Counted from the stretch's first letter, positions 24,735 to 32,000 are shown. The stretch is 32,000 nt of DNA from an uncultured Muribaculaceae bacterium (GCA_965231035.1 OZ246409.1:661101-693100); one strand, 5' to 3'. Numbers and translations are program-made. The notes: generated by a model not told the origin, from the sequence alone.

Positions 24735-26723
24735 TTAATCTGTATCGGTTGCAGCAGTGACAACATCGTCTTCTGAAGCGGCACCTGTAATACTTGTACA
24801 TGTTCTTATGTAAGAACTGCAAGCGTTTCTGGCAGAAGCCTTGGTAACGGTTGATGTGCTTGAATATCCGTTTGTAGACAAGCATGATGCAACATCGCTT
24901 AAGCAACTTTCTGCATATTTAGACAGAATTTCGTCTTGTGAATTCTTAATCACAGCCAAAGTATTCTGCAAGTAACCCTTAATAACATCATTGCTCTTGT
25001 TAAATGTTTTGTTTGTACCTGTGTATGTAAAATCCTGACACTGGTTTAAAACAGATATGCACATACCATAATTCTTACTGTCACTGCTGTCATTATAGCC
25101 AATTTTATTTTGTAGATACACAATCATGTTTGTTACAGGTGTTACAGCAGTAATAGAATTTGTTACATATTCTCCAATATTTCCAGTACCCCAAGCATTA
25201 TTGGTACCAGTTGCATAATTCCATGTAGCATAAATATTGCTTCCGGATGTTGATGTAGAAGTAATATTTCCACCTGAAACACCAGGCTGACTGCCAACAA
25301 CAACTTTGCCATTTACAATGTACTTACCAGTTGGATCCAAGCAGTTTTCATAATCACTGCCGCAAACGAAATCGTCTTGCATACAAGAATCCAAAGCGCT
25401 GATGCAAGAACGCATATCTGTGTAGGTATTCTTTTTCTGAACAACCAACAATCTGGCTTTTTGCAAGAAGCTTTGAGCATTTGTTAAAGTTGTTGTCATC
25501 TGAGAATTTGCATCAGTCAAGCTGCGTTCATAAGCTATACACTGTTTGTCGATTTCCAAATCATAGCTGTTGGTGATAATTGTTGTATCAACACCTTGTG
25601 ATTTGCAAGAATCCAAAACGGCTGCTTTGCAACGTGCAGTTGCTGTCTTGTAAAGTTCAGCACCACGTTGATTGCTGATGCTGTTCGCATTATCGCCACC
25701 CAAAAATTCTGATAAATCAAATCCTGAGTTATCAAAACTCATACTGGAAAGACTGGATAATAAATCTGTGGATGAACTTGTGCTGCTGGTAGCATTTGCA
25801 CTTTTTACATCCAATATCAGACTTTTGATTTTATCCAAATCTGTTTTTAACTGAGTTGTATCTGACTTACCTTGCATTGCAGCTTCGGCCTCAGTCTGAG
25901 TGAACAATGAAGAAACTTCGTCTTTACTTAAACCTATGTACTGAATCTTCTGAGCAACGTCTTGTAAATTCTGAGTTGCTTCTTTCAATGCAGCTTCGGT
26001 CTTGGCGTAATTTTTAATATTTGCAGAACAGCTGCAACGTCCTTGATTGTCATCCAAAACATTACAGAAGTTATCCATACATTGTGTAAACTGAGCCTTG
26101 CAATAATCGGATGTTTGGGCAATTTCGTCCATCGAAGATACCGAAGTAGTGTTGGCACTTGAAGAGCTGGTTGTAGTTGCAGCACGAACGGTTGTGGTTG
26201 GTGCACGTGAAACAACGCTGGAAGTCGAAGTAGGTCTGACACTGACACGACCAATGTAAAGAGGTGTATTAACAGTATCTGTTTGAGTCAGGCTGGCAGC
26301 ACGAGAAGAATTAGCAGAAGATGTAGTGTTCCTACGTGATACAACATTTTGATTTGTTTGTCCGGCTGTGCTGCGAGAAGCAGTTGTTGTGGAATAATCG
26401 CGTGCACGAACTGTATCTGCAGTTCTGTTTGAAACAACGCGTTGAGTAGTATTTCTTTCGGTTGCAGAATACGAGGTTGAAGGTACAGCACGGCTGGCAG
26501 CACGTGCGGTTATTGTGTGCTGAATAGATTTTTCAGGAATAACTGGATTTACAGGTTGCGCCTCTTGCACATCTTGTACATTTTGATCTTCAACTGGTGC
26601 AGTGTAATCAGCTGTACTATCGTCAGTATATTCAACCGAGTCATCGTAATAAATCGGTGCAACTTCTGCAAAAGCGGGCATAACTAGTAAACCACTAAGT
26701 ACTGCAATAAATCTTTTCATCAA
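24735..26723 (-). CDS. secreted Ser/Thr-rich, cysteine-repeat protein of unknown family (662 aa)
   Basis: Sec signal peptide MMKRFIAVLSGLLVMPAFA|EV, an acidic stretch, and a ~130-aa S/T/R/N low-complexity region. The remaining ~455 aa are helical-looking and hold all 18 Cys by my count, mostly as CxxxLxxC pairs. Confidence 0.8.
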   Translation of the reverse strand: MMKRFIAVLSGLLVMPAFAEVAPIYYDDSVEYTDDSTADYTAPVEDQNVQDVQEAQPVNPVIPEKSIQHTITARAASRAVPSTSYSATERNTTQRVVSNRTADTVRARDYSTTTASRSTAGQTNQNVVSRRNTTSSANSSRAASLTQTDTVNTPLYIGRVSVRPTSTSSVVSRAPTTTVRAATTTSSSSANTTSVSSMDEIAQTSDYCKAQFTQCMDNFCNVLDDNQGRCSCSANIKNYAKTEAALKEATQNLQDVAQKIQYIGLSKDEVSSLFTQTEAEAAMQGKSDTTQLKTDLDKIKSLILDVKSANATSSTSSSTDLLSSLSSMSFDNSGFDLSEFLGGDNANSISNQRGAELYKTATARCKAAVLDSCKSQGVDTTIITNSYDLEIDKQCIAYERSLTDANSQMTTTLTNAQSFLQKARLLVVQKKNTYTDMRSCISALDSCMQDDFVCGSDYENCLDPTGKYIVNGKVVVGSQPGVSGGNITSTSTSGSNIYATWNYATGTNNAWGTGNIGEYVTNSITAVTPVTNMIVYLQNKIGYNDSSDSKNYGMCISVLNQCQDFTYTGTNKTFNKSNDVIKGYLQNTLAVIKNSQDEILSKYAESCLSDVASCLSTNGYSSTSTVTKASARNACSSYIRTCTSITGAASEDDVVTAATDTD

Positions 26724-26835
26724 GAAATCCCTTCTTCATTATCAGTTATTATATCATACACACCAAATCTGGGCAATCGAAAAATTGGGCAAAAAATAAA
26801 GAGTTTTTTAGAAAAAATTATAAAAATATTGCAGC

Positions 26836-26863
26836 TTGCTATATTGAAAATAAGCGATAGAAT
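26836..26863 (+). promoter_or_regulatory. putative promoter for the RHH-RGG gene
   Basis: TTGCTA (26836-26841), 16 nt, TAGAAT (26858-26863), about 40 nt upstream of the GGGAGG SD. Confidence 0.3.
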
Positions 26864-26905
26864 AGACAAACACGTAAATCGCGTGACCACGCCAGGGAGG
26901 CATAT

Positions 26906-27364
26906 ATGAAAAAAACAGAAGAAATCAAAGATACTGCGAACGACGCGACAGTGGATACAGCAGAAAAATCAGAAAAAAAATTAACTGGAAAAACAGTATC
27001 AGTAGAATTAACAGAAGAGCAATATGCTTTCTTAACAAACTGGCAAAAAACACATGAAAAAGAACTGGGAATTGAAGTTCCAATTGGTTCAATGGTTCGC
27101 AAAGCAGTTGAAAGTGCTATGAAAGCACAAAACAAACCTGAACGATCAGAACGTCCAGAACGTCGTGATGGTGATCGTGGTGAAAGAAAAAGTTTTGGTG
27201 ATCGTGCACCGCGCAGCAATGGTGGTGACAGACCAAGTTTTGGCGGTCGTGATGGTGGTCGCCCATCATTTGGGGGTCGTCCAAGTTTTGGTGGATCATC
27301 TCGTGGTCCAAAGTTTGGCGGATTCAGTGATAAAAGAAACACCGTACGAAAATTTGATAAATAA
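26906..27364 (+). CDS. ribbon-helix-helix (CopG/Arc-like) domain protein with a C-terminal Arg/Gly/Phe-rich (RGG/FGG) repeat tail
   Basis: Strong SD (GGGAGG). Residues ~29-73 (KTVSVELTEEQYAFLTNWQKTHEKELGIEVPIGSMVRKAVESAMKA) fit a beta-alpha-alpha RHH pattern. Residues ~78-140 are ERxER.. followed by four [RK][PS][SK]FGG repeats. Confidence 0.7.
   Translation: MKKTEEIKDTANDATVDTAEKSEKKLTGKTVSVELTEEQYAFLTNWQKTHEKELGIEVPIGSMVRKAVESAMKAQNKPERSERPERRDGDRGERKSFGDRAPRSNGGDRPSFGGRDGGRPSFGGRPSFGGSSRGPKFGGFSDKRNTVRKFDK
27137..27325 (+). repeat. coding low-complexity repeat (RGG / RPSFGG units)
   Basis: The DNA repeats ggtcgt..ccaagttttggygg encode DRPSFGG-RDGGRPSFGG-RPSFGG-SSRGPKFGG. This repeat also creates the spurious antisense ORF 26839-27342. 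Confidence 0.8.
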
Positions 27365-27367
27365 AAT

Positions 27368-27388
27368 AAAGGGCTGAATAAGCCCTTT
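27368..27388. terminator. bidirectional terminator between the RHH-RGG gene and the permease gene
   Basis: aaagggct-gaata-agcccttt 8-bp stem with A/T-rich flanks. The permease stop codon (27388-27390) abuts it. Confidence 0.55.
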
Positions 27389-28284
27389 TAATTTGCTTTT
27401 ACAACCAACAATATTCCAAAAACTATTGCACAAAAACATATAAGTTTTTTAATAATACTTTTCTTGTCATACTTTTCTTTAAGTTTGATATTAAATATGA
27501 CGCTTAGCAAAAAACTGTAAAGTAAAACAAAAAACGGTTGTGATGAATTTATGGCTTTGATTTGTATAACAGCAAGGTGTGATAAGGCATAGGTTCCGGC
27601 AATATTACCAATAAATGTGAATAATTCATCGAAAAAGAAAAGATGAAAACTTTTTTTGAAATTCGGAAAATTTTCTATGATATCCATACGATTTTTCTTG
27701 AAAAGGAAAAAGCTTAAAGATATTAGAATGGACATTACTGATGAATAAAAAGCAAAACCGACCCAATTAAAAGAATTAAGGGCTTGTTTTTCAACAACAG
27801 AGCTCATTGAAAGCATAGATACGGTTATAAGCATCAGGAAAAATGCTATGTTCAGTTTAAGTTTTGTCTTACCCTCTATGTTAAGTATAATATTAAAAAG
27901 CAAAATTATTGCACAGCCTGATATTTGACCAATTGAAAGAGTATCTTTCAATAAAATATATGCAAATATGGGAGTAAAAATGTATCCCAGTGCAAACATA
28001 GAATTTATAATCGATGTATCAATTTTTTTCATTGCGTTATAGTAGGGAAAAAGGTAAAAAATATTGATAAATCCGCATAGCAGAATATATGGCAACATAT
28101 TCATATCAAAAGCTGGAATCTTCCCAAAAAACAAATAAGTTGGTAAAAGTATAATACTTGTAAAAGAGAAGAAAAATACGATTGTAGATATTCTTTTAAA
28201 TTCGTAATTTGATAAACGACTGTCAATAATTGTTGAAAAAGCATGAAGTGCCGGAGCCAGAAGAGCAATTAAAATAACAAACAT
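27388..28284 (-). CDS. DMT-superfamily (EamA-like) permease, about 10 TM
   Basis: 298 aa that are almost entirely hydrophobic helices arranged as two ~140-aa halves, as in EamA-domain transporters. SD is AAAGG. Confidence 0.7.
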   Translation of the reverse strand: MFVILIALLAPALHAFSTIIDSRLSNYEFKRISTIVFFFSFTSIILLPTYLFFGKIPAFDMNMLPYILLCGFINIFYLFPYYNAMKKIDTSIINSMFALGYIFTPIFAYILLKDTLSIGQISGCAIILLFNIILNIEGKTKLKLNIAFFLMLITVSMLSMSSVVEKQALNSFNWVGFAFYSSVMSILISLSFFLFKKNRMDIIENFPNFKKSFHLFFFDELFTFIGNIAGTYALSHLAVIQIKAINSSQPFFVLLYSFLLSVIFNIKLKEKYDKKSIIKKLICFCAIVFGILLVVKAN

Positions 28285-28314
28285 AATTTACCTTTTTATA
28301 ACTCATACTTTATA

Positions 28315-29190
28315 TCATAAAAAATAATCTGCGAAAAACATTATTTTCTTGCAACGTTTTTCAACAACTTCATCCCTGATAGATTCTAATTCGGGGTCAT
28401 ACAATTCTGGCATTGAATTTATAATTGATCGTAACATATAATTCTGTACATCTTGCAATTTAATTTGGGTTCCCGATATTTTATTATAATAGATCAATAA
28501 ATCATTCAAAAATTCTGGGTATTCTGGATTGTACAAAAATGCAAATTCCCGGGTTCTGTCACCAATATCAGAATTTCCAAAATCAAAAATACCAGTCAGT
28601 CTGTAATCTTCGTTAACAACAGAATTTTTGCCTTCGAAGTCCTTGTGCAAAAAAACCGGGTCTGGCACACATTTATCACAAGCAATCCGATACTTATCAT
28701 AAATTATATTTAGTATTTCCAACGGAATATATGTAAGTAGAAGTGGATAAATTTCATCTTTTTGGCGAAACTTCGGTGGAATTAGGCAGGGTTTTGAACG
28801 TATGTTTTTAAATTCAGACAATGGGATTGAATGTAAATCAAAAAGGAAATTTGCACAATCTGTTACAAAGTTTCTTTTAAGATTGCTTTCCAAAGATGTG
28901 TATTCATCCAAAGACCAATGGTGCCCAAGAATTGATTTATGAACAGAATAACAGTAATTTCCGTCAGTTATAATCTTGATATCAGGGATTTGAATTTTAA
29001 TATATTTTTTTACAACTGATAAAATTTCAACTTCGCGCAAATACCATTCAATACTGTATTTTGGAAATCTGAAAATATTATCATCAATTAAGAACGCCAA
29101 TGAAGTCCAACCTTCACCAATAAACAACACATTGGAATCAGTAAACTTTTCTGTTAAATAAGTTATAACATCTTCTTTGAGGGTTTTCAT
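28315..29190 (-). CDS. APH-family small-molecule kinase, closest in motif pattern to APH(2'')-type aminoglycoside phosphotransferases
   Basis: N-lobe FIGEGWTSLAFLIDDNIFRFPKY, catalytic loop LHKDFEGKNSVV (HxDxxxxN) and GIFDFGNSDIGD (DFG/Mg site). The ORF-track start at 29217 is TTG and abuts the tRNA, so the first ATG at 29190 is used. Confidence 0.75.
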   Translation of the reverse strand: MKTLKEDVITYLTEKFTDSNVLFIGEGWTSLAFLIDDNIFRFPKYSIEWYLREVEILSVVKKYIKIQIPDIKIITDGNYCYSVHKSILGHHWSLDEYTSLESNLKRNFVTDCANFLFDLHSIPLSEFKNIRSKPCLIPPKFRQKDEIYPLLLTYIPLEILNIIYDKYRIACDKCVPDPVFLHKDFEGKNSVVNEDYRLTGIFDFGNSDIGDRTREFAFLYNPEYPEFLNDLLIYYNKISGTQIKLQDVQNYMLRSIINSMPELYDPELESIRDEVVEKRCKKIMFFADYFL

Positions 29191-29218
29191 TTTAAATCTT
29201 TTTACAAAAACAAACAAC

Positions 29219-29294
29219 TGGTATCCCCAACAGGAATCGAACCTGTATCAAAGGTTTAGGAAACCCTTATTCTATCCAGTTGAACTATGGGGAC
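29219..29294 (-). tRNA. trnR: tRNA-Arg (anticodon CCU)
   Basis: Manual fold of the reverse complement. Acceptor GTCCCCA/TGGGGAT, D-arm GTTCAACTGGATAGAAT, anticodon loop TTCCTAA, T-arm ACAGGTTCGATTCCTGT, encoded CCA. Confidence 0.88.
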
Positions 29295-29327
29295 AATGCA
29301 CTATATCTTACATATCAGATTTTAGTA

Positions 29328-29356
29328 TTGCAAGTCATTATGTCAGTGTATATAAT
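29328..29356 (+). promoter_or_regulatory. putative sigma70 promoter for fabH-ihfA
   Basis: TTGCAA (29328-29333), exactly 17 nt, TATAAT (29351-29356), 85 nt upstream of the fabH ATG. Confidence 0.5.
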
Positions 29357-29441
29357 GAAATCTGTCCGGTATATAGTGGTATTTAGTGTATGTTAAATTT
29401 ATTGGTTAATTAATTTATTATAGTAACAAAAAGGAAATATT

Positions 29442-30380
29442 ATGGGAAACAGAATGGTGGGCTATGGTTCGTATTTGCCCGAAAAAGTTATGACAAATAA
29501 AGACTTTGAAAAAATTATGGATACTTCAGATGAATGGATAACAACCAGAACAGGTATGCAGAATAGGCATTTTTCAAAGGATGATGAAACAGTTGCTGAT
29601 ATGGCAACAATTGCAGCTGAACGTGCGCTGGTTAATGCAAAGCTGACAATTGATGATATAGATTTGATTATTGTTGCTACGACTACACCTGAATTGGATT
29701 TTCCTTCGGTTGCAGTTCAAGTTCAAGGCAGGTTAAATGCAAAAGTTAATATGCCTGCATTTGATGTTCGAGGGGCGTGCACAGGTTATATTTATGCTTT
29801 GCATTGTGCCCGTGGCTTTTTTACAGCCGGTATGCATAAACGTATAATGATTATCGGTGCAGAAAAGATGACGCGTTTTATTGACTGGACTGATCGTAAT
29901 ACTGCGGTTTTATTTGGCGATGGTGCAGGTGCTTTGATTTTTGAGCATTCTACATCCAGTTATTCTGGTGTTATTGATACTGTTGTTATGTCAGATGGAA
30001 CAGGCTTTGATATGCTGCATGGTACTTTGGATCACAAGATAAGTATGAATGGTCCTGAAACTTATAAAAAGGCAGTGACACTTATGCCTGAAGCAGCAAC
30101 TTATATAATGGAACATGCAGGTATAACAGCGGATAAGGTTGATTGGATTATACCACATCAGGCGAATTTGCGTATTATTCAAAGTGGTGCTGAAAGACTT
30201 GGATTCCCATTAGAAAAGATTATAGTCACTGTTGATAAACACGCTAATACCAGTTCTGCATCCGGAGTTTTGGCTTTGGCACACGCTTTTGATAACGGTG
30301 TTATAAAAAAGGGTCAATTGGTATTATATCCTGCATTCGGAAGTGGTTTGACTTGGGGTGCGGCACTAATCAGGGTTTAA
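29442..30380 (+). CDS. fabH: 3-oxoacyl-ACP synthase III (FabH)
   Basis: 312 aa with the catalytic Cys in AFDVRGACTGYIYAL, His in IPHQANLRI and Asn in DKHANTSSAS. SD is AAGGAA. Confidence 0.95.
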   Translation: MGNRMVGYGSYLPEKVMTNKDFEKIMDTSDEWITTRTGMQNRHFSKDDETVADMATIAAERALVNAKLTIDDIDLIIVATTTPELDFPSVAVQVQGRLNAKVNMPAFDVRGACTGYIYALHCARGFFTAGMHKRIMIIGAEKMTRFIDWTDRNTAVLFGDGAGALIFEHSTSSYSGVIDTVVMSDGTGFDMLHGTLDHKISMNGPETYKKAVTLMPEAATYIMEHAGITADKVDWIIPHQANLRIIQSGAERLGFPLEKIIVTVDKHANTSSASGVLALAHAFDNGVIKKGQLVLYPAFGSGLTWGAALIRV

Positions 30381-30402
30381 CTTAACACAAAGGAGCTTGA
30401 AA

Positions 30403-30684
30403 ATGGCGACAATAACAAGAATAGATTTCGCAAATAAATTGCGAGAAAAGTTTGGTTTAACCACAACTGATTCTTATAAATTGGTTGACTTGATTTTCAA
30501 CGAAATAGAAGAATCACTGGTTCGTGGCGAAGAAGTTAAAATCACAGGACTGGGCAGTTTTAAGATTCTGAACAAACCTGAACGTATGGGTCGAAATCCA
30601 AAAACGGGTGCACCGGCTGTAATATCTGCACGCCGCGTTGTAACATTCAGACCAAGTACCGAATTCAGAAAGAAAGTTGCTTAA
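30403..30684 (+). CDS. ihfA: integration host factor subunit alpha
   Basis: Strong resemblance to IHF-alpha (GLGSFKILNKPERMGRNPKTGAPAVISARRVVTFRPSTEFRKKV). ATG at 30403 lies 7 nt after AAAGGAG. The ORF-track TTG at 30397 is rejected. Confidence 0.92.
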   Translation: MATITRIDFANKLREKFGLTTTDSYKLVDLIFNEIEESLVRGEEVKITGLGSFKILNKPERMGRNPKTGAPAVISARRVVTFRPSTEFRKKVA

Positions 30685-30686
30685 TT

Positions 30687-30713
30687 AAAAAAACCGCCAA
30701 ACGGCGGTTTTTT
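30687..30713. terminator. bidirectional terminator between ihfA and the convergent peptidase gene
   Basis: A7-ccgcc-aaac-ggcgg-T6. Confidence 0.7.
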
Positions 30714-32000
30714 ATTTTAACCCGTAATATTTTAACAAACTGTCTGGTTTTGGATCGCGACCCAAAAATTCACGATAAATCTCGCTCATATTTTTTGAAC
30801 CACCCATTGCCAAAACTGTATCACGATATTTATATGCAAGTTCTTTATTAAATGGGTTACCATCAAATGCTATGTATGCATCAGCAGATAAACTTTCTGC
30901 CCACAAATATGAATAATATCCAGCATCGTATCCACCGGCAAATATATGGCTGAACGTATTTTGGAATTTGTTATATTTTGGAATTTTTATAACGGCAACT
31001 TTGCTGCGAACATTATCCAAAACAGATTGAACTTTTTCTTCGTTTGCGCCATTTAATTGGTGTAATTCCAAATCAAACAATCCGAATTCCAGCTGACGAA
31101 CCAACCACATTCCTTTTTCAAATTGGTCTGAGGCAATAATTCTTTTGATCAGAACATCTGGTATTTGTTCGCCAGTTTTATAATGTTTTCCTATTTTCTT
31201 TAATACTGTTGGATTTAACCAAAAGCTTTCCAAAAATTGAGAGGGAAATTCAACAACATCCCAGTCCACGTCAAAACCACTGCCATCAAGTTCATTTGTT
31301 GTTGAAAGTAATTGATGAACAGCATGTCCCATTTCGTGGAAAAGTGTGTTAACATCGTTCAAAGATAGTAAGGATGGATTTTTATCTGTCCCAACCGGAA
31401 AATTTCCAACAACAACAGCCTGGGCCAAATGTTCTCGATTTTGTGAATCCATATAATGCGAAGAAAAATCACTTGCCCACGCACCGGATTTTTTCGATTC
31501 ACGTGTTTGCAAATCTAAATATATACCTGCAATAACTTTTCCATCACGAATAACGTCAAAATATTTTACATTTTTATCCCATATTTTTGCAGGGCGTTCA
31601 TGAAATTCGATTCCAAACATTTCAGAAATAACTGACATAGTTCCGTTTATAGTCGCATTCATTTCAAAATATGGCTTTGTTTCTGCTTCGTCCAGGTCAT
31701 ATTTTTCCTTTTTTAAAATTCGTGCATAAAAGTTAACATCCCAAGGTTGTAAATCAATCTTTGAAAATTTTTCCAAATCGTCATATTCTTTTTGTGCAAC
31801 TGGTTTTGCCAGCTTTGCAATTTCTGACAGATATTTATCTGCATGTTCTGGCGTCTTGGCATCACGGAATTGAAATGCCAATTCTGCGTAATTTTTAAAT
31901 CCCAAAATTTTTGCTTTTTCGTCACGCAACTTCAAAATCTGGGGGATTATTTTTTCGTTTTCAGGTGCACGTGTAGAATAGTTTTTATACATTTCTTCAC
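30712..32000 (-). CDS. M3-family zinc metallopeptidase (oligopeptidase A / Dcp-like), C-terminal part; gene continues beyond the window
   Basis: HEMGHAVH zinc motif plus the downstream EFPSQ segment typical of thimet/oligopeptidase A enzymes. The frame is open to the window edge, so the listed Met is internal. Confidence 0.88.
   Translation of the reverse strand, partial: EEMYKNYSTRAPENEKIIPQILKLRDEKAKILGFKNYAELAFQFRDAKTPEHADKYLSEIAKLAKPVAQKEYDDLEKFSKIDLQPWDVNFYARILKKEKYDLDEAETKPYFEMNATINGTMSVISEMFGIEFHERPAKIWDKNVKYFDVIRDGKVIAGIYLDLQTRESKKSGAWASDFSSHYMDSQNREHLAQAVVVGNFPVGTDKNPSLLSLNDVNTLFHEMGHAVHQLLSTTNELDGSGFDVDWDVVEFPSQFLESFWLNPTVLKKIGKHYKTGEQIPDVLIKRIIASDQFEKGMWLVRQLEFGLFDLELHQLNGANEEKVQSVLDNVRSKVAVIKIPKYNKFQNTFSHIFAGGYDAGYYSYLWAESLSADAYIAFDGNPFNKELAYKYRDTVLAMGGSKNMSEIYREFLGRDPKPDSLLKYYGLK

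Noticed and set aside
26839-27342. 167-aa minus-strand ORF rich in Pro/Arg/Ser.
   Set aside because: It is the antisense shadow of the RGG/FGG repeat region of the plus-strand gene, which has a strong SD and a recognisable RHH domain. The minus ORF has no start context.
27388-29217. The kinase plus DMT permease pair as a LicA/LicB-type choline kinase and choline permease module for phosphocholine decoration.
   Set aside because: The kinase N-lobe (FIGEGW..AFLIDDNIFRFPKY) and the LHKDFEGKN...IFDFGNSDIGD motifs look like APH(2'')-type antibiotic kinases rather than choline kinases. No licC/licD-like genes are adjacent. The idea is kept only as something a phylogeny could revisit.
23404-29441. 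An intact integrative element (integrase plus att repeats) at tRNA-Arg.
   Set aside because: No integrase, recombinase or transposase-like ORF is present. The only match to the tRNA 3' end at the far border is a 6-mer (tggtat), which is not meaningful.
1-32000. CRISPR arrays, rRNA genes, IS elements and large tandem repeats.
   Set aside because: Visual scanning of the intergenic regions shows only terminator hairpins and short (7-10 nt) repeats. Nothing has repeat-spacer periodicity or transposase coding potential.

Overview
AT-rich bacterial chromosome segment. The gene content points to a Gram-negative, probably a low-GC alphaproteobacterium-like organism: YidC with a large periplasmic domain, LspA, and the order rpmF-plsX...fabH-ihfA. 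This lineage call is inference only.

Most of the window is housekeeping. It holds a kefB-like CPA2 antiporter, lspA and yidC (127-4030). It also holds the classic tRNA-Trp-secE-nusG-rplKAJL-rpoBC block (9900-21587), then a small HAD phosphatase, rpmF and plsX. fabH, ihfA and the 3' part of an M3 oligopeptidase gene lie at the right edge.

Two patches look accessory.

(1) 4031-9899, minus strand. This is a terminator-bounded virB8-virB9-virB10 operon with no other type IV secretion genes in the window.
- The VirB9 homologue carries a C-terminal SPOR-like peptidoglycan-binding domain.
- The VirB10 homologue carries an extra N-proximal Ig-like domain and a roughly 200-aa cysteine-rich C-terminal tail.
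- Two small unassignable genes follow.

(2) 23404-29441. This is about 6 kb inserted between plsX and fabH and abutting the 3' end of tRNA-Arg(CCU). It contains:
- an orphan mraZ;
- a 111-aa unknown protein;
- a 662-aa secreted Ser/Thr-rich, Cx6C-repeat protein;
- a ribbon-helix-helix protein with an RGG/FGG repeat tail;
- a DMT/EamA permease;
- an APH(2'')-like kinase.

I saw no transposase, integrase, CRISPR array or rRNA. Many gene ends carry clear stem-loop terminators. Several ORF-track starts are TTG or GTG extensions, and I trimmed them to better-supported starts.
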